From: Clostridia bacterium
Lineage (GTDB): Bacteria > Bacillota > Clostridia > Christensenellales > CAG-314
Direction of reading: 5' to 3'
NCBI GenBank assembly: GCA_017457385.1
Contig: JAFTHO010000130.1
Coordinates: forward strand, 1 to 58,608
DNA: 58,608 nt
How positions within the stretch are numbered: the first letter of the stretch is position 1; the number at the start of each line of letters is the position of its first letter. Below, in pieces: positions 1-9,310 of the stretch. Made by a program: the position numbers and the translations under genes. The notes under the pieces were generated by a model, which saw only the letters and a program-made list of their open reading frames with translations, did no database searches and was not told where the DNA came from.

Positions 1-2
1 AC

Positions 3-929
3 AAATTTGACAAGTACAAATACAGTGGTTTTGAGTATTGCAAAAACACAAAGATACTGCAACACCTGAGATTATATGAGCAATATCCTCAAATGGAATA
101 TATGCTAAAGCTTGGTTTTAATAAATTTGCATACAGCAAACAAATATTAAGACGTATAGGCAAAGACAAAAAGTTTCGCAAATGGCTTTGCAACAATGCA
201 AAAGATATACAAGCCAAGTGTTATTACATATCTGCCATATTGCTTGCTTACAAAAACAACATGACTATTGAACAAGCACAGAGTTATGAGAGTGCAAAAA
301 AGAATTTATGTACTGACAAAGTATACAAAACTATACGAGATTTGTTTAAAGACAATCTCAGCAAATATTTTGACTATTGCAGCAAGCAAGATATATCTAA
401 CAGGCTATACCTTGACTATCTGACAGCTTGTCAATATCTACACCTTGACATGTCATTGCCGCAAAATGCATTTCCTCACGATTTCCGTCATTGGCACGAC
501 GTTCGCATTGATGAATACAACACCGCCAGAGCATTGGCTAATGCAGAAAAGAAAAAAGCATTATATGAGTCATTTGCAAAGGTTGCAGACAAGTATATAT
601 CTTTGCAAAAAGAAGATCGTGCAGGTTACGTTGCAATAATAGCAAAATCTCCTGCTGACTTAATAAAAGAAGGTGATACACTTAATCATTGTGTTGGACG
701 TATGAACTATGACCAAAAGATGATTCGTGAAGAAACGCTAATCTTTTTTATACGTCATAAAGACACACCTGACGTTCCTTTCGTCACAGTTGAGTATTCT
801 TTATCTAAACACAAAGTTCTTCAGTGTTATGCAAAAAGCAACTCTAAACCTGATGACGACGTTTACAAATACATTCACAAAAACTGGTTGCCTTATGCCA
901 ACAGGCAACTTAAAAAGATATGTGCATAG
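3..929 (+). CDS. PcfJ-like protein, 5'-truncated by the window edge
   Basis: The frame is open from base 3 with no upstream stop. The motif block TLNHCVGRMNY...LIFFIR...PFVTVEY resembles the PcfJ-like family found on conjugative elements. Confidence 0.6.
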   Translation, partial: KFDKYKYSGFEYCKNTKILQHLRLYEQYPQMEYMLKLGFNKFAYSKQILRRIGKDKKFRKWLCNNAKDIQAKCYYISAILLAYKNNMTIEQAQSYESAKKNLCTDKVYKTIRDLFKDNLSKYFDYCSKQDISNRLYLDYLTACQYLHLDMSLPQNAFPHDFRHWHDVRIDEYNTARALANAEKKKALYESFAKVADKYISLQKEDRAGYVAIIAKSPADLIKEGDTLNHCVGRMNYDQKMIREETLIFFIRHKDTPDVPFVTVEYSLSKHKVLQCYAKSNSKPDDDVYKYIHKNWLPYANRQLKKICA

Positions 930-941
930 GAGGAAATAATA

Positions 942-1253
942 ATGGCAAACTACTTTAGACTCACAGTATATCACCCAGAAAAAGACCTTTGTGCTATCCT
1001 TGATAGTAATGGTCTATATGAAAAAGTATGGCAATTCAGCTCTTTCTTGATTGGCAAAAACTTCAAAATATTAGAGGTATCCAATAAAGACAATATGATT
1101 GACGTTAATATAGGTTTTGCAGAACAAGACAACAGCAAGATATTGATACGTGCAGTAGCTCATGGCAAACCAAAATATTTTGACCATGTTATAGATGGGC
1201 AGAAATACAAAGCAGTGCAAGTAAAAGACAAAATCTATATTCCAGTAAAATAA
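942..1253 (+). CDS. Hypothetical protein (103 aa)
   Basis: AGGAGG lies upstream of the ATG and the gene is tightly spaced after the previous one. No recognisable motif. Confidence 0.6.
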   Translation: MANYFRLTVYHPEKDLCAILDSNGLYEKVWQFSSFLIGKNFKILEVSNKDNMIDVNIGFAEQDNSKILIRAVAHGKPKYFDHVIDGQKYKAVQVKDKIYIPVK

Positions 1254-1426
1254 GGTCATCCATTGGGTGACCTTTTGTTTACACAAAATTACTTTATGTT
1301 CTACATAAATAACCTACAACTTACAAGACAAAACTTTTTGGTCACAAAACTCACTTTTAACCTACTCACGCATTACAAATTTTTATGTCTATACTCAAAC
1401 AAACAAAAATAAAAAGAGGTAAAAAT

Positions 1427-1702
1427 ATGGCTCAAATCAATGTAGAAGAAATTATTGCAACAGAAACAAGTCGTCTCTGCAAACAGTTTAATAAATCTTT
1501 TTTAGATTGTGCAGATATTGTAAAGCTCACAGGGTTAGGCACAGAAAATGCTCGCGCCCTTATGCGAAGCAAACACTTTCCGATGGTACGTGTTGGCAGA
1601 CGACAAGTTGTGAGTATTTTAAGTTTTGTTACTTGGCAAATGAAAGAATCAATGAAAGGAGATGAATACTATGGCGAAAAAAACAAATACAAGACGTGGT
1701 AA
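1427..1702 (+). CDS. Excisionase/AlpA-type helix-turn-helix protein
   Basis: I prefer the internal ATG at 1427, which is preceded by AGAGGT. The protein is small, has an HTH-like segment (IVKLTGLGTENARALMRSKHFPMVRVGRRQVV), and overlaps the integrase start. Confidence 0.55.
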   Translation: MAQINVEEIIATETSRLCKQFNKSFLDCADIVKLTGLGTENARALMRSKHFPMVRVGRRQVVSILSFVTWQMKESMKGDEYYGEKNKYKTW

Positions 1703-2903
1703 CAATGAAGGCTCAATTTTTCAAAGGAAAGATGGTCGCTGGGTTGCAACTGTAACTTTGGGTTATGACGATAACGGCAAACGTGTAAGGAAAACATTAT
1801 ATGGAAAAACACGCACTGACGTAGCCGTTAAAATGAGTACCTTGGTAGGAACAACTTTACAACGTGGTCACACTTCTATTCAAAATGACAACCTTCAAAC
1901 TATAATGCAAGAATGGCTCATTACTTTTAAACAAGCTGATGTAACACCGAGAACATTTGACGGCATGCTAATGCGTGCAAGAAATCATATCTATCCAGTT
2001 TTTGGAGAAATGAAAATTAATGAAATAACATCTCACCAAATTCAAATATTTTTTAATAAAATGTCTCTCAATGGGTATGCAGTGGCAACGGTAAGAAAAG
2101 TAAAATTCCTCTTGAACCAATTCTTTAATTATTGCAAAAGATGCAAATACATTTATGACAATCCTGTCAGTGATTGTATTGTTAAAGCAACTGCAAAACA
2201 AAAAGAAATGGCACAAAATAAATATAAGGCAATACCCATGGATGTCAGAGAAAAATTTATTGCTACTATTGGCAGCCACCCTTTTCTTGGTCCATTGGCC
2301 TTGACGCAAATGTTTGGCAGCCTACGTATTGGAGAAGCATTAGCACTAAAATGGAAAAATATAGATTTTGAAAACAAAACTATAGAAATACTTGCAGCAA
2401 TAACAGAAATGCCCGAATTTGATAAAAACTATAATGTTGTAAAAAGAACCACCGTAATAGGTGAAACGAAAACTGCGGCAAGCATTCGCAAAAATCCTAT
2501 GCCTGAAATATTGGCAAATTCACTTGCAGAATTATTTGAACGAAGAAAACAAGAAGAGTTAGAAACAGGTGTTATTTTAACATCTCCTAATTCCCTTGTT
2601 TTTGGAACAAAAGATGGTGAAGTACGTTCTTATTCTGGTACAAAATGTATATATTATCGAGCATTAAAACGCGCTGGTCTAGAAAAATACAATTTACATT
2701 TTCATAAACTCAGACATACATATTCCAATATGCTTTTTGAGTCAAGAGAAAACCCACAAGTCATAAAAATGCTCATGGGTCACAAAGACGTTGACACAAC
2801 GCTTAGAACTTACAATAGCATTGATGATTGGTATTATATGCAAGCAGCTGAAAAGCTTGAAATAAAGTCTATTGACTACACAACAAAAACCCCACCTGTA
2901 TGA
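1671..2903 (+). CDS. int: Tyrosine site-specific integrase
   Basis: C-terminal catalytic motifs are present: LRIGEALAL, HKLRHTYSNMLF, LMGHKDVDTTLRTY. AAGGAG lies 9 nt upstream of the ATG at 1671. Confidence 0.9.
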   Translation: MAKKTNTRRGNNEGSIFQRKDGRWVATVTLGYDDNGKRVRKTLYGKTRTDVAVKMSTLVGTTLQRGHTSIQNDNLQTIMQEWLITFKQADVTPRTFDGMLMRARNHIYPVFGEMKINEITSHQIQIFFNKMSLNGYAVATVRKVKFLLNQFFNYCKRCKYIYDNPVSDCIVKATAKQKEMAQNKYKAIPMDVREKFIATIGSHPFLGPLALTQMFGSLRIGEALALKWKNIDFENKTIEILAAITEMPEFDKNYNVVKRTTVIGETKTAASIRKNPMPEILANSLAELFERRKQEELETGVILTSPNSLVFGTKDGEVRSYSGTKCIYYRALKRAGLEKYNLHFHKLRHTYSNMLFESRENPQVIKMLMGHKDVDTTLRTYNSIDDWYYMQAAEKLEIKSIDYTTKTPPV

Positions 2904-2921
2904 TTTCAGGTGGGGTTTTTT
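2890..2921 (+). terminator. Intrinsic terminator after int
   Basis: Hairpin CCCCACCTG / CAGGTGGGG followed by TTTTTT. The int stop codon sits in the loop. Confidence 0.8.
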
Positions 2922-2976
2922 ATCTAAAATGCAGAGCCGTTCTTTCATGTGACTCTGCTCTCTTTTTATACAGCCA

Positions 2977-3120
2977 TTGACAGCCAAAGCCCTCTTTTTT
3001 GATGTTTTTTGTTCTTTTTAAAATGAAATTTTGGTGCAAAAAAAGGAACTAAAAAGTGTTGTAAAAAAGCACTAATTTTTTTATGAAGTTGACAGCCAAA
3101 ACATCACTTTGACAGCCAAT
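2977..3120 (+). repeat. Three direct copies of TTGACAGCCAA(A/T); candidate integrase arm-type sites
   Basis: Copies at 2977-2988, 3089-3100 and 3109-3120, located between int and the tRNA. Confidence 0.5.
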
Positions 3121-3144
3121 GAAAAACTCCAAAAACATGCTAAA

Positions 3145-3167
3145 AGCCCCAAAAATGGGGCTTTTTT
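3145..3167. terminator. Hairpin AGCCCC/GGGGCT with flanking A and T runs, directly abutting the tRNA-Thr 3' end
   Basis: Read directly from the sequence. It could terminate transcription from either direction. Confidence 0.6.
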
Positions 3168-3242
3168 GGAGCTAATGACGAGAATCGAACTCGTGACCTC
3201 ATCCTTACCATGGATGTGCTCTGCCTACTGAGCTACATTAGC
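3167..3242 (-). tRNA. tRNA-Thr (anticodon GGT), CCA encoded
   Basis: Manual cloverleaf: acceptor GCTAATG/CATTAGC, D stem GCTC/GAGC, anticodon stem CATCC/GGATG with loop ATGGTAA, T arm ACGAG-TTCGATT-CTCGT, then T-CCA. Confidence 0.9.
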
Positions 3243-3250
3243 ATATATTA

Positions 3251-3279
3251 TTTTGCGGGCGACCAATGGTCGCCCCTAC
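3251..3279. repeat. REP-type hairpin (GGGCGACC-AAT-GGTCGCCC) with conserved flanks
   Basis: TTTTGCGGGCGACCAATGGTCGCCCCTAC matches 22365-22393, inside the RAYT gene, with one mismatch. Confidence 0.75.
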
Positions 3280-3295
3280 TGAGCTACATTAGCAT
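3275..3295 (-). pseudogene. Duplicated 5' fragment of tRNA-Thr (21 bp)
   Basis: CCTACTGAGCTACATTAGCAT at 3275-3295 is identical to 3224-3244, which is the tRNA 5' end plus 2 nt. Confidence 0.85.
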
Positions 3296-3343
3296 TTTAT
3301 TGTAATTGTCTGTTTTTTGATTATATGCAAAATTTGCCTGTGT

Positions 3344-3386
3344 TAGTCTTACCAATGACGTGCGCTACCTACTGCGCCACGTTAGC
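3344..3386 (-). pseudogene. Orphan 5' half of a second tRNA-Thr(GGT)-like gene
   Basis: The reverse complement GCTAACGTGGCGCAGTAGGTAGCGCACGTCATTGGTAA has acceptor, D arm and anticodon loop. The 3' anticodon-stem strand and T arm are missing. Confidence 0.7.
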
Positions 3387-3396
3387 ATTTTTGTCG

Positions 3397-3458
3397 ACTC
3401 CCTCCGTCTGGCATGCGCCATCCACCTCCCTCCTCCGATGGAGGCATTTGAAGGTGGG
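3397..3458. repeat. Dispersed short repeat, family 2 (ACTCCCTCCGTC ... CACCTCCCTCCTC-N-GGAGGC)
   Basis: Shares both boxes and the CCTCC/GGAGG hairpin with 16143-16207. Confidence 0.65.
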
Positions 3459-3501
3459 TTTTGCAGATATACACCAACGAGAAGAAACCTGTCATTGATT
3501 G

Positions 3502-4419
3502 TCAATTTCTTTCTACACGCAAGTCTTTGCCAGGCATGTTGATGAGCAAAGTTTTTTGCGAAAAAATGCGAGAGTATATTCTGTCGCCGTAGACGTCCTG
3601 TATTTGTTTGCCAAGGTTTGACGTGATGAAGGTATATTTTTTGCCTGCCATACGTTCACTCAAAAGGTTGCACAAATACTCCTCTGTCACGTTGTTGTAT
3701 TTGTTTTCGCTGCCAAGGTCGTCTATCACCAAAACGTCGGTAGAAAGCAGGTTTGCAAACAAGGCGTTTTTTTGATAGGCAGGTGCAAGGTGAATTTGCA
3801 AAAACAAATTGTTGAGGTTGAAAGATGACGTGAAAAGCACGCTGTAGTTTTGTTTGAGCAAATCGTTTGCAAGGCAAGTGACAAGGTGTGTTTTGCCTGT
3901 GCCTGTGCCACCTGTTACAAACACGTTGCATTTTGGCACTTTTGGCAGGGCAGAAAGATATTTTTTAAACACGTCCACAACGTCTTGCTGTGTGCTGTTT
4001 TTTGCAACAACGCTGTCAAGTGACAAATTTGTGTCGCACAGATTGCTGTTGTCTGACAAAATTTTGTTTGTTGCCTGCACAAAGCATTTGCATTTTTTGC
4101 CATCCACAAAACCTTTGTCATTACACACTTTGCAACTATATTGTGGCACAAGGTCGTCTGGTGACAAAGCCATTTGTTCAAGCAAAAGTGCCTGTTGTGA
4201 CGCAATTTCCTCCATACGTGACTGCATTTTGTCAACAGGTTTGCCCAAAAACAGGTTTTTGCCCATATCGAAAACAAGGCTTCGCCTTTCACTTTCCAGC
4301 AATGCAAAATCTTTGTTTTTGCATGCAAAATCAAGGGCAAGCTGTGCTTTTGTTTCCGCCCTTTGTCTTTTGTCTTCCATTTGTTTTTGCACCTGTTGAA
4401 AAACGTCTTTTTTGTCCAT
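3502..4419 (-). CDS. dnaI: DnaI/DnaC-like helicase loader (IstB-like AAA+ ATPase)
   Basis: Walker A GGTGTGKTHL and Walker B VLVIDDLGSE, with an N-terminal CKVC..C.C zinc-like motif. It is translationally coupled to the upstream DnaD-domain gene. Confidence 0.8.
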   Translation of the reverse strand: MDKKDVFQQVQKQMEDKRQRAETKAQLALDFACKNKDFALLESERRSLVFDMGKNLFLGKPVDKMQSRMEEIASQQALLLEQMALSPDDLVPQYSCKVCNDKGFVDGKKCKCFVQATNKILSDNSNLCDTNLSLDSVVAKNSTQQDVVDVFKKYLSALPKVPKCNVFVTGGTGTGKTHLVTCLANDLLKQNYSVLFTSSFNLNNLFLQIHLAPAYQKNALFANLLSTDVLVIDDLGSENKYNNVTEEYLCNLLSERMAGKKYTFITSNLGKQIQDVYGDRIYSRIFSQKTLLINMPGKDLRVERN

Positions 4420-4422
4420 AAA

Positions 4423-5850
4423 CTAAAACTCTATATTTTTGAGATCTTCAAACAGCGCATTATATTCTTCGTCGCTGTATTGTCTTTCTTTATATTTTGG
4501 TTCGGCCTTTTTGCCTGTGTGTTGTTTTTGTTGCAATGCTTTTTCTACACTGTCAACACCCTTTGACTTGAAGTCTGCAAGCACCTTGTTGATATATGCC
4601 ATCTGGTTTGTTGCTCCGTTTGCAAGGCCTGCAACATAAAGTATCACGTCGTCTGCAAAACCCCATGCATCAGTCCACGTTTTGTAACTGCCACGGTCAC
4701 TTGCAGAAACACCACGCAAAAGACCCGCAGTTTGCAAAACTGTCTTTATCTGTTTGTCTTGTGAGACCAGTTCTGTCATATACTGTGCAATTGCACCCAC
4801 AGAAGTGAGACCCTTTTGATAAAACTTTTGCACAACGCCATCCATGCCGTCAATTGTGCGCACGTTTTGCTTGAAGCAATATTTGGCAACAAGTGTGAGA
4901 GAGTCGTCGTCAAAACCTTTTTGCAACCACGGTGTGACGTAGTCTTCTATGATAAAATCCAATGACTGATAGTATACACCAATGATTTTGTTGATTTGTT
5001 TTGCAAGCTCAAACATTTTGTCGCGGTTTTTGTCATAGTCGGCAATTTCTGCCACACTGTGCAAACCCATTTTGTAATATGCCTCTATGCGTCTGTCCAG
5101 ATAATCCATAGACGCTTTTTTGTGTTTTTTTGCAACAAAACGCAAAGTTTCGAGGTCATAGCCCATGCCCTCTGTCCACTTTTCAAAAAGACGACGGTCG
5201 TCATATTCGATATGTCTTTTTGTGCCAAGTGCGCCAAACAAAAGTTTGATGTCGTCTGTATATTTTACTGTTGTAGAAAGTTTTTGTTCTACCGCGTCAA
5301 CAGTTTTTACACCGCTGTCAGCAAGACTGCGCGCAACTTTGAGTATATATGGATAGTTTATGTCGTTGCCCTTTTTTTCTGCACAATATTTTGCAACTGC
5401 CACAAGTGCTTTTGGCTCGAAAAAGGTTGTCTCCAAAAAGATATAATACTCGTTGTATTCGTTGGTAGAAATCATACGCTCACAAAGCACACCCTGTATG
5501 TCTTTGTTGAACTGCTGATATTTTTGCGGTTTGATTTTTTTGAGCAAAACGTCGTCACTGCGCACAGGCATATATACCACTTCGCACGGGTTTTTTTGCA
5601 AAATATGCACAAGACCCAACTCCTGCCAGTAGGTATATGCAGTGAGGATATCTTCTTTGTCAATGCCAAGCACCCTTGCCATTGTGTCAAGATTGTTGTC
5701 CTGACCGCCTTTTGAGCAGAGATAAAGTCCAAACAAATATATGTCTACGTATTTGTTTGGTGCTTCTGGCAGATAGTTTGTGATAAAGACGTTGTCCACC
5801 GTTGTATAACCAACGTTTGTCAACTCTTGCGAATAGTTGCAAAATGCCAT
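4423..5850 (-). CDS. DnaD-domain / DnaB-like replication initiation and membrane attachment protein
   Basis: Repeated DnaD/DnaB_2-like helical modules, and a position immediately upstream of dnaI as in the Bacillus dnaB-dnaI pair. I prefer the ATG at 5850, which has a GGAG, over the GTG at 5862. Confidence 0.65.
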   Translation of the reverse strand: MAFCNYSQELTNVGYTTVDNVFITNYLPEAPNKYVDIYLFGLYLCSKGGQDNNLDTMARVLGIDKEDILTAYTYWQELGLVHILQKNPCEVVYMPVRSDDVLLKKIKPQKYQQFNKDIQGVLCERMISTNEYNEYYIFLETTFFEPKALVAVAKYCAEKKGNDINYPYILKVARSLADSGVKTVDAVEQKLSTTVKYTDDIKLLFGALGTKRHIEYDDRRLFEKWTEGMGYDLETLRFVAKKHKKASMDYLDRRIEAYYKMGLHSVAEIADYDKNRDKMFELAKQINKIIGVYYQSLDFIIEDYVTPWLQKGFDDDSLTLVAKYCFKQNVRTIDGMDGVVQKFYQKGLTSVGAIAQYMTELVSQDKQIKTVLQTAGLLRGVSASDRGSYKTWTDAWGFADDVILYVAGLANGATNQMAYINKVLADFKSKGVDSVEKALQQKQHTGKKAEPKYKERQYSDEEYNALFEDLKNIEF

Positions 5851-6037
5851 AGATATCTCCACGTTATAGTCAAATTTAGGGTGATTTGCTATTGATTTAT
5901 TTAATATAAAAGATTATAATAATAGATGATATTATCCAAAAGTATCCACTTTTGGCACGTCACAAAAAGTGAGTGTAAATATAATATCACAAATCTTTTG
6001 TTTTTCAAATAGTTTTTGTCAACAAACGGAGGAACAG

Positions 6038-9000
6038 ATGAAAATAAATCTCATCAAAATAAAAGGCTTGTTTGAAGAGTCTTTTGACGTATATCTCAAA
6101 ACAGACAATATGTCGCATGGTTGTGACAGTTTGTTTTGCAATGCCTGCGACCTTGCACGCGCAATTGACTTTTTGTTTTTGAACAAAAGCGAAGGTTTGT
6201 GCGACGGCTCTGCCCAGTGCGAATTTGAATATGCCGGTTGCAAATATACTTTGTCACGCACAAAAAGTTTTGACAACGTGGCAAGCCTTTTGCGTGAACA
6301 AAATGGCGACGTAAAAAAGAGATATATTCAGGTTGACGAAAAACTCCGTCAGCTCTTTAAGACTGACGTGCAAAAACTGTTTGAAGGCATTGTTATCGAA
6401 TCTAAAGAGTTTGACGAGTTCAATCAAAACCCTTGCATTTCCTTCCACAAAGACATTGCAGACCTTAACGAAGTGCAAAAGCAGACTCAGGTTGCATACA
6501 ACGAGGCACTTGACCGCAAAAACCAACTCAAACTGCAAATAAAGGCAATCACAAGCAAACCGATAAAAGCAATAAAGGCAAGTCAGCTGGACGAAGTGAG
6601 ACAGCAGACAAACGATTTGCAGGCACAATATCTCGATACACTTGCACAAATTGCCCTTTTGAAAGATCAACTGCGCACTTTGTCTACGAGAGAAAATCTG
6701 CAAAAAGACATTGACACAACGCAGGACCACATAAACCGTCTCAACGAAAACAGAGATTTTATTGACGAAAAACGCAAACAACTTGACGACCACAACAAGA
6801 TACAACAGTTTTTGCCACAGCTTAAAGACATTTTGTCATACAAAAAGCAACTGGCAGAAACAAAACAAGTGGCAGAAAAAGACAGCGAAGAACTTGAGTG
6901 GTTGCGCACAGAAAGACAAGGCATCGTAACACAACTTGACGAACTGAGTCAGGAAATAAGCAAACGTGTTGAGCAAAACACACGCCTTATGCTGATACGT
7001 CAGGACAGCGACTCGGTAGAAAGTCTTTCTCGCCGAAACGAAGAGCTTGCCGACAAAATTTTGCAACTGCAGAGCGAAAAAGAACAACTCGAACAGACAC
7101 GTGACGCTCACAAAGTTGCAATCGACCAGATTGACCTGTCTATAGAAGAAACAAAAGACAAACTCAAAGCAGTTGACGTGCCTGTGCGTTCTATCAACGA
7201 CCTGGTAGAAAGCGTGCGAAACAGCGTGCGTATAAAAGAAGTAGAAAAGCAACTTGACGGCATTGACAAAGAAATCATCTTTGTATCAGCCCAGCTCAAC
7301 GAAAGAGAACTTGACGTTAAAAAATTGCAGGACACAGTAAACACCCTGCTCAAAATTGACGGCATAGTGACCCCTTTTAAATCAAAAGACACAATTTTGC
7401 AGATTTTGCAAAGCAAGATAAACAAAAGCGAAGTTATTTTGCAGTCACTCAGCGAAAAGCAACAAAACCTGAGAGAAGAAATACAAAACCTGCATTATAA
7501 AGAAATCGAGATTGACCAGTCGGCAGATTGTTTGCAGACACTTTTGTCACAAAAACAATATGACCGTGACCTTGTGCTCAAAAAACAGGCAATAAGCGAA
7601 CAACAGGCATTGCCACTTGCCAACAACGGCATGGGCATGATGATTGCCCCTACTACCTGTGCATTTATTGACGAGCATATCGAAAGCCTAAAAAGCGATC
7701 TTGTGCGTCGCAACAACAAAAAACTCGAAATTGCATCACGTCAGGCAGGCCTCAAATGTGTGCTGACCGAGGTTGACAGACAAAAACAAATTGTTTTGGG
7801 CGACATCATCTCTTGCAGAAGCGAACGTGACGCTATAATAAGACGTTTTCGTGAACTTGCAAAAGCAGGCAACAACGAGGTTGTAAACAAATATTTCAAG
7901 GCGCTGGAACTTGGCAAATCTACAAGTTATCTTTTGGACGTGCAACGTGGCCTTGTTGAAACTCAAACGCAAATAAGTCTGCTTAAAGAAAAGCACAGCG
8001 ACCTTGTAAAAGAAAAGAAAGAAGTTATGTCTCGTCTTGGCAGGCTTAGTGACCTGCAACAGGCAATTGACGTAAAACAAATGACTGTTGAAATGATGGT
8101 TGAGTCTAACGAAGAAGTAAAATCTTCTTTGGTGGACCTCACCGAAAAACTCGTGCTTTTGCACACTCAGCGCAAAACAGAAAGCGACGGATATGACGCA
8201 ATGGACACTCGTCTTGCAAACGTGACCCTGCTTTTGAACGACGTGATGAGTGAAAAGAAGGCAAACGAAAAAGAGATACTCAAAATACACCAAAAAGTGA
8301 GTATGTTTGCAAAAGGCAACCCTGACGAAGCACAGCAAAACGTTCAGGATAAGGTAAATGCTCTCATGAGCGAAAAACGCCTTTTGGAAGAAAACAAAGC
8401 AGACCTTGATGACAAAATACTTGCAAAATCAATCGAGATAGAAAAGCACGAAATTGTGCTTTCTTCCCTTATGTCTGGATACGAAGACAAAAAGGCAAGC
8501 GCAGAGTCTATCATGCACGACCTTGGCGAAGATGATATCGAAGCAATAAAACTCAAAAATCTTTCTGCCGAGGCATACAAAAACACAAAAGATGCAGTTG
8601 ACAGATTTGACGTGACTTTGCAAACCCTCACCTCTCGTCTGGATCATCTCACTCAACTTTTTGAGCAAAACAAAGACGAAGAGTTGCAGGCACAAATAAA
8701 CGAAAAAATTGATGCTTTGCAACAGCAAAACGAAGATACAAAACAAAAACTCGACCAAAGCAAACAAGACCTTGCTTTGCTCACAGAAGAGTATATTGCA
8801 TCTGACAAAACAAGATATGACCTGACAAACCTTTTGCACCAATACAACAGCAACAAATCGCTTGACGTGGTGCTCAGACAAAACCAGGTTGTAAAACTTG
8901 TTGTCAAGCAAGAGATTGACAAAATACTCACCTCTGCAAGCAGAATATACTCTACTTTGTGTGGCAGTGGCGAAATTGTTTGCATTGACGAAAAATTTGC

Positions 9001-9226
9001 AATCAGACAAAATGACGAAATCACACCTTTTGAAGACTTGTCTGTGAGCGACAAACTGTGCATCTTTTTGTCAATAAAACTTTGCGATATGCAGGTTAAA
9101 TTTCCACAATGTCAGACGGTGCTTTTGCACGGCAGTCTGTCAGTAAACAAAGAAGAAATGGCAAGCAGACTTGCAAACCTTGCAAACCGTGTTTTTGTTG
9201 TAGAAGCAATGAGCCTGATAAAGTGA
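6038..9226 (+). CDS. Long coiled-coil SMC/Rad50/SbcC-like protein with degenerate ATPase motifs
   Basis: ATG at 6038 follows GGAGGA. About 900 aa of heptad-rich E/K/Q/L sequence lies between a RecF/SbcC-like N-terminus (MKINLIKIKGLFE) that lacks GxxGxGKS and a C-terminus with LSVSDK (in place of LSGGE) and VLLHGS (in place of a DE Walker B). Confidence 0.7.
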   Translation: MKINLIKIKGLFEESFDVYLKTDNMSHGCDSLFCNACDLARAIDFLFLNKSEGLCDGSAQCEFEYAGCKYTLSRTKSFDNVASLLREQNGDVKKRYIQVDEKLRQLFKTDVQKLFEGIVIESKEFDEFNQNPCISFHKDIADLNEVQKQTQVAYNEALDRKNQLKLQIKAITSKPIKAIKASQLDEVRQQTNDLQAQYLDTLAQIALLKDQLRTLSTRENLQKDIDTTQDHINRLNENRDFIDEKRKQLDDHNKIQQFLPQLKDILSYKKQLAETKQVAEKDSEELEWLRTERQGIVTQLDELSQEISKRVEQNTRLMLIRQDSDSVESLSRRNEELADKILQLQSEKEQLEQTRDAHKVAIDQIDLSIEETKDKLKAVDVPVRSINDLVESVRNSVRIKEVEKQLDGIDKEIIFVSAQLNERELDVKKLQDTVNTLLKIDGIVTPFKSKDTILQILQSKINKSEVILQSLSEKQQNLREEIQNLHYKEIEIDQSADCLQTLLSQKQYDRDLVLKKQAISEQQALPLANNGMGMMIAPTTCAFIDEHIESLKSDLVRRNNKKLEIASRQAGLKCVLTEVDRQKQIVLGDIISCRSERDAIIRRFRELAKAGNNEVVNKYFKALELGKSTSYLLDVQRGLVETQTQISLLKEKHSDLVKEKKEVMSRLGRLSDLQQAIDVKQMTVEMMVESNEEVKSSLVDLTEKLVLLHTQRKTESDGYDAMDTRLANVTLLLNDVMSEKKANEKEILKIHQKVSMFAKGNPDEAQQNVQDKVNALMSEKRLLEENKADLDDKILAKSIEIEKHEIVLSSLMSGYEDKKASAESIMHDLGEDDIEAIKLKNLSAEAYKNTKDAVDRFDVTLQTLTSRLDHLTQLFEQNKDEELQAQINEKIDALQQQNEDTKQKLDQSKQDLALLTEEYIASDKTRYDLTNLLHQYNSNKSLDVVLRQNQVVKLVVKQEIDKILTSASRIYSTLCGSGEIVCIDEKFAIRQNDEITPFEDLSVSDKLCIFLSIKLCDMQVKFPQCQTVLLHGSLSVNKEEMASRLANLANRVFVVEAMSLIK

Positions 9227-9310
9227 GTTTGCCTTTGGCAAGTTAAGCTGTCTTGGACAGTGCAGTTCACTTTGCGAGTTAAGTTTTGCCATACAAAACA
9301 AATCAAAACC

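Larger units (their letters stand above)
1..3166. mobile_element. Right end of an integrative (ICE/IME-like) element abutting the 3' end of tRNA-Thr; the other end lies outside the window
   Basis: PcfJ-like, small HTH/excisionase-like and tyrosine-integrase genes lie in a row. They are followed by three TTGACAGCCAA direct repeats and the tRNA 3' end. The second att copy is not in the window, so the boundaries are inferred. Confidence 0.5.

Noticed and set aside
3360-3542. 60-aa plus-strand ORF (…HLPPPMEAFEGG…)
   Set aside because: It is a translation of the tRNA fragment and the family-2 repeat, with no RBS.
3854-5715. Plus-strand ORFs (181, 143 and 239 aa) and nested minus-strand alternative-frame ORFs
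   Set aside because: They overlap the dnaI-like and DnaD-domain genes. Their composition is Cys/Phe-rich and nonsensical, and they lack an RBS.
5932-5950. oriC-like DnaA boxes (TTATCCAAA, GTATCCACT) between the dnaB-like and coiled-coil genes
   Set aside because: There are only two degenerate boxes, no AT-rich unwinding element pattern, and no dnaA/dnaN nearby. This is probably chance or a minor regulatory site.
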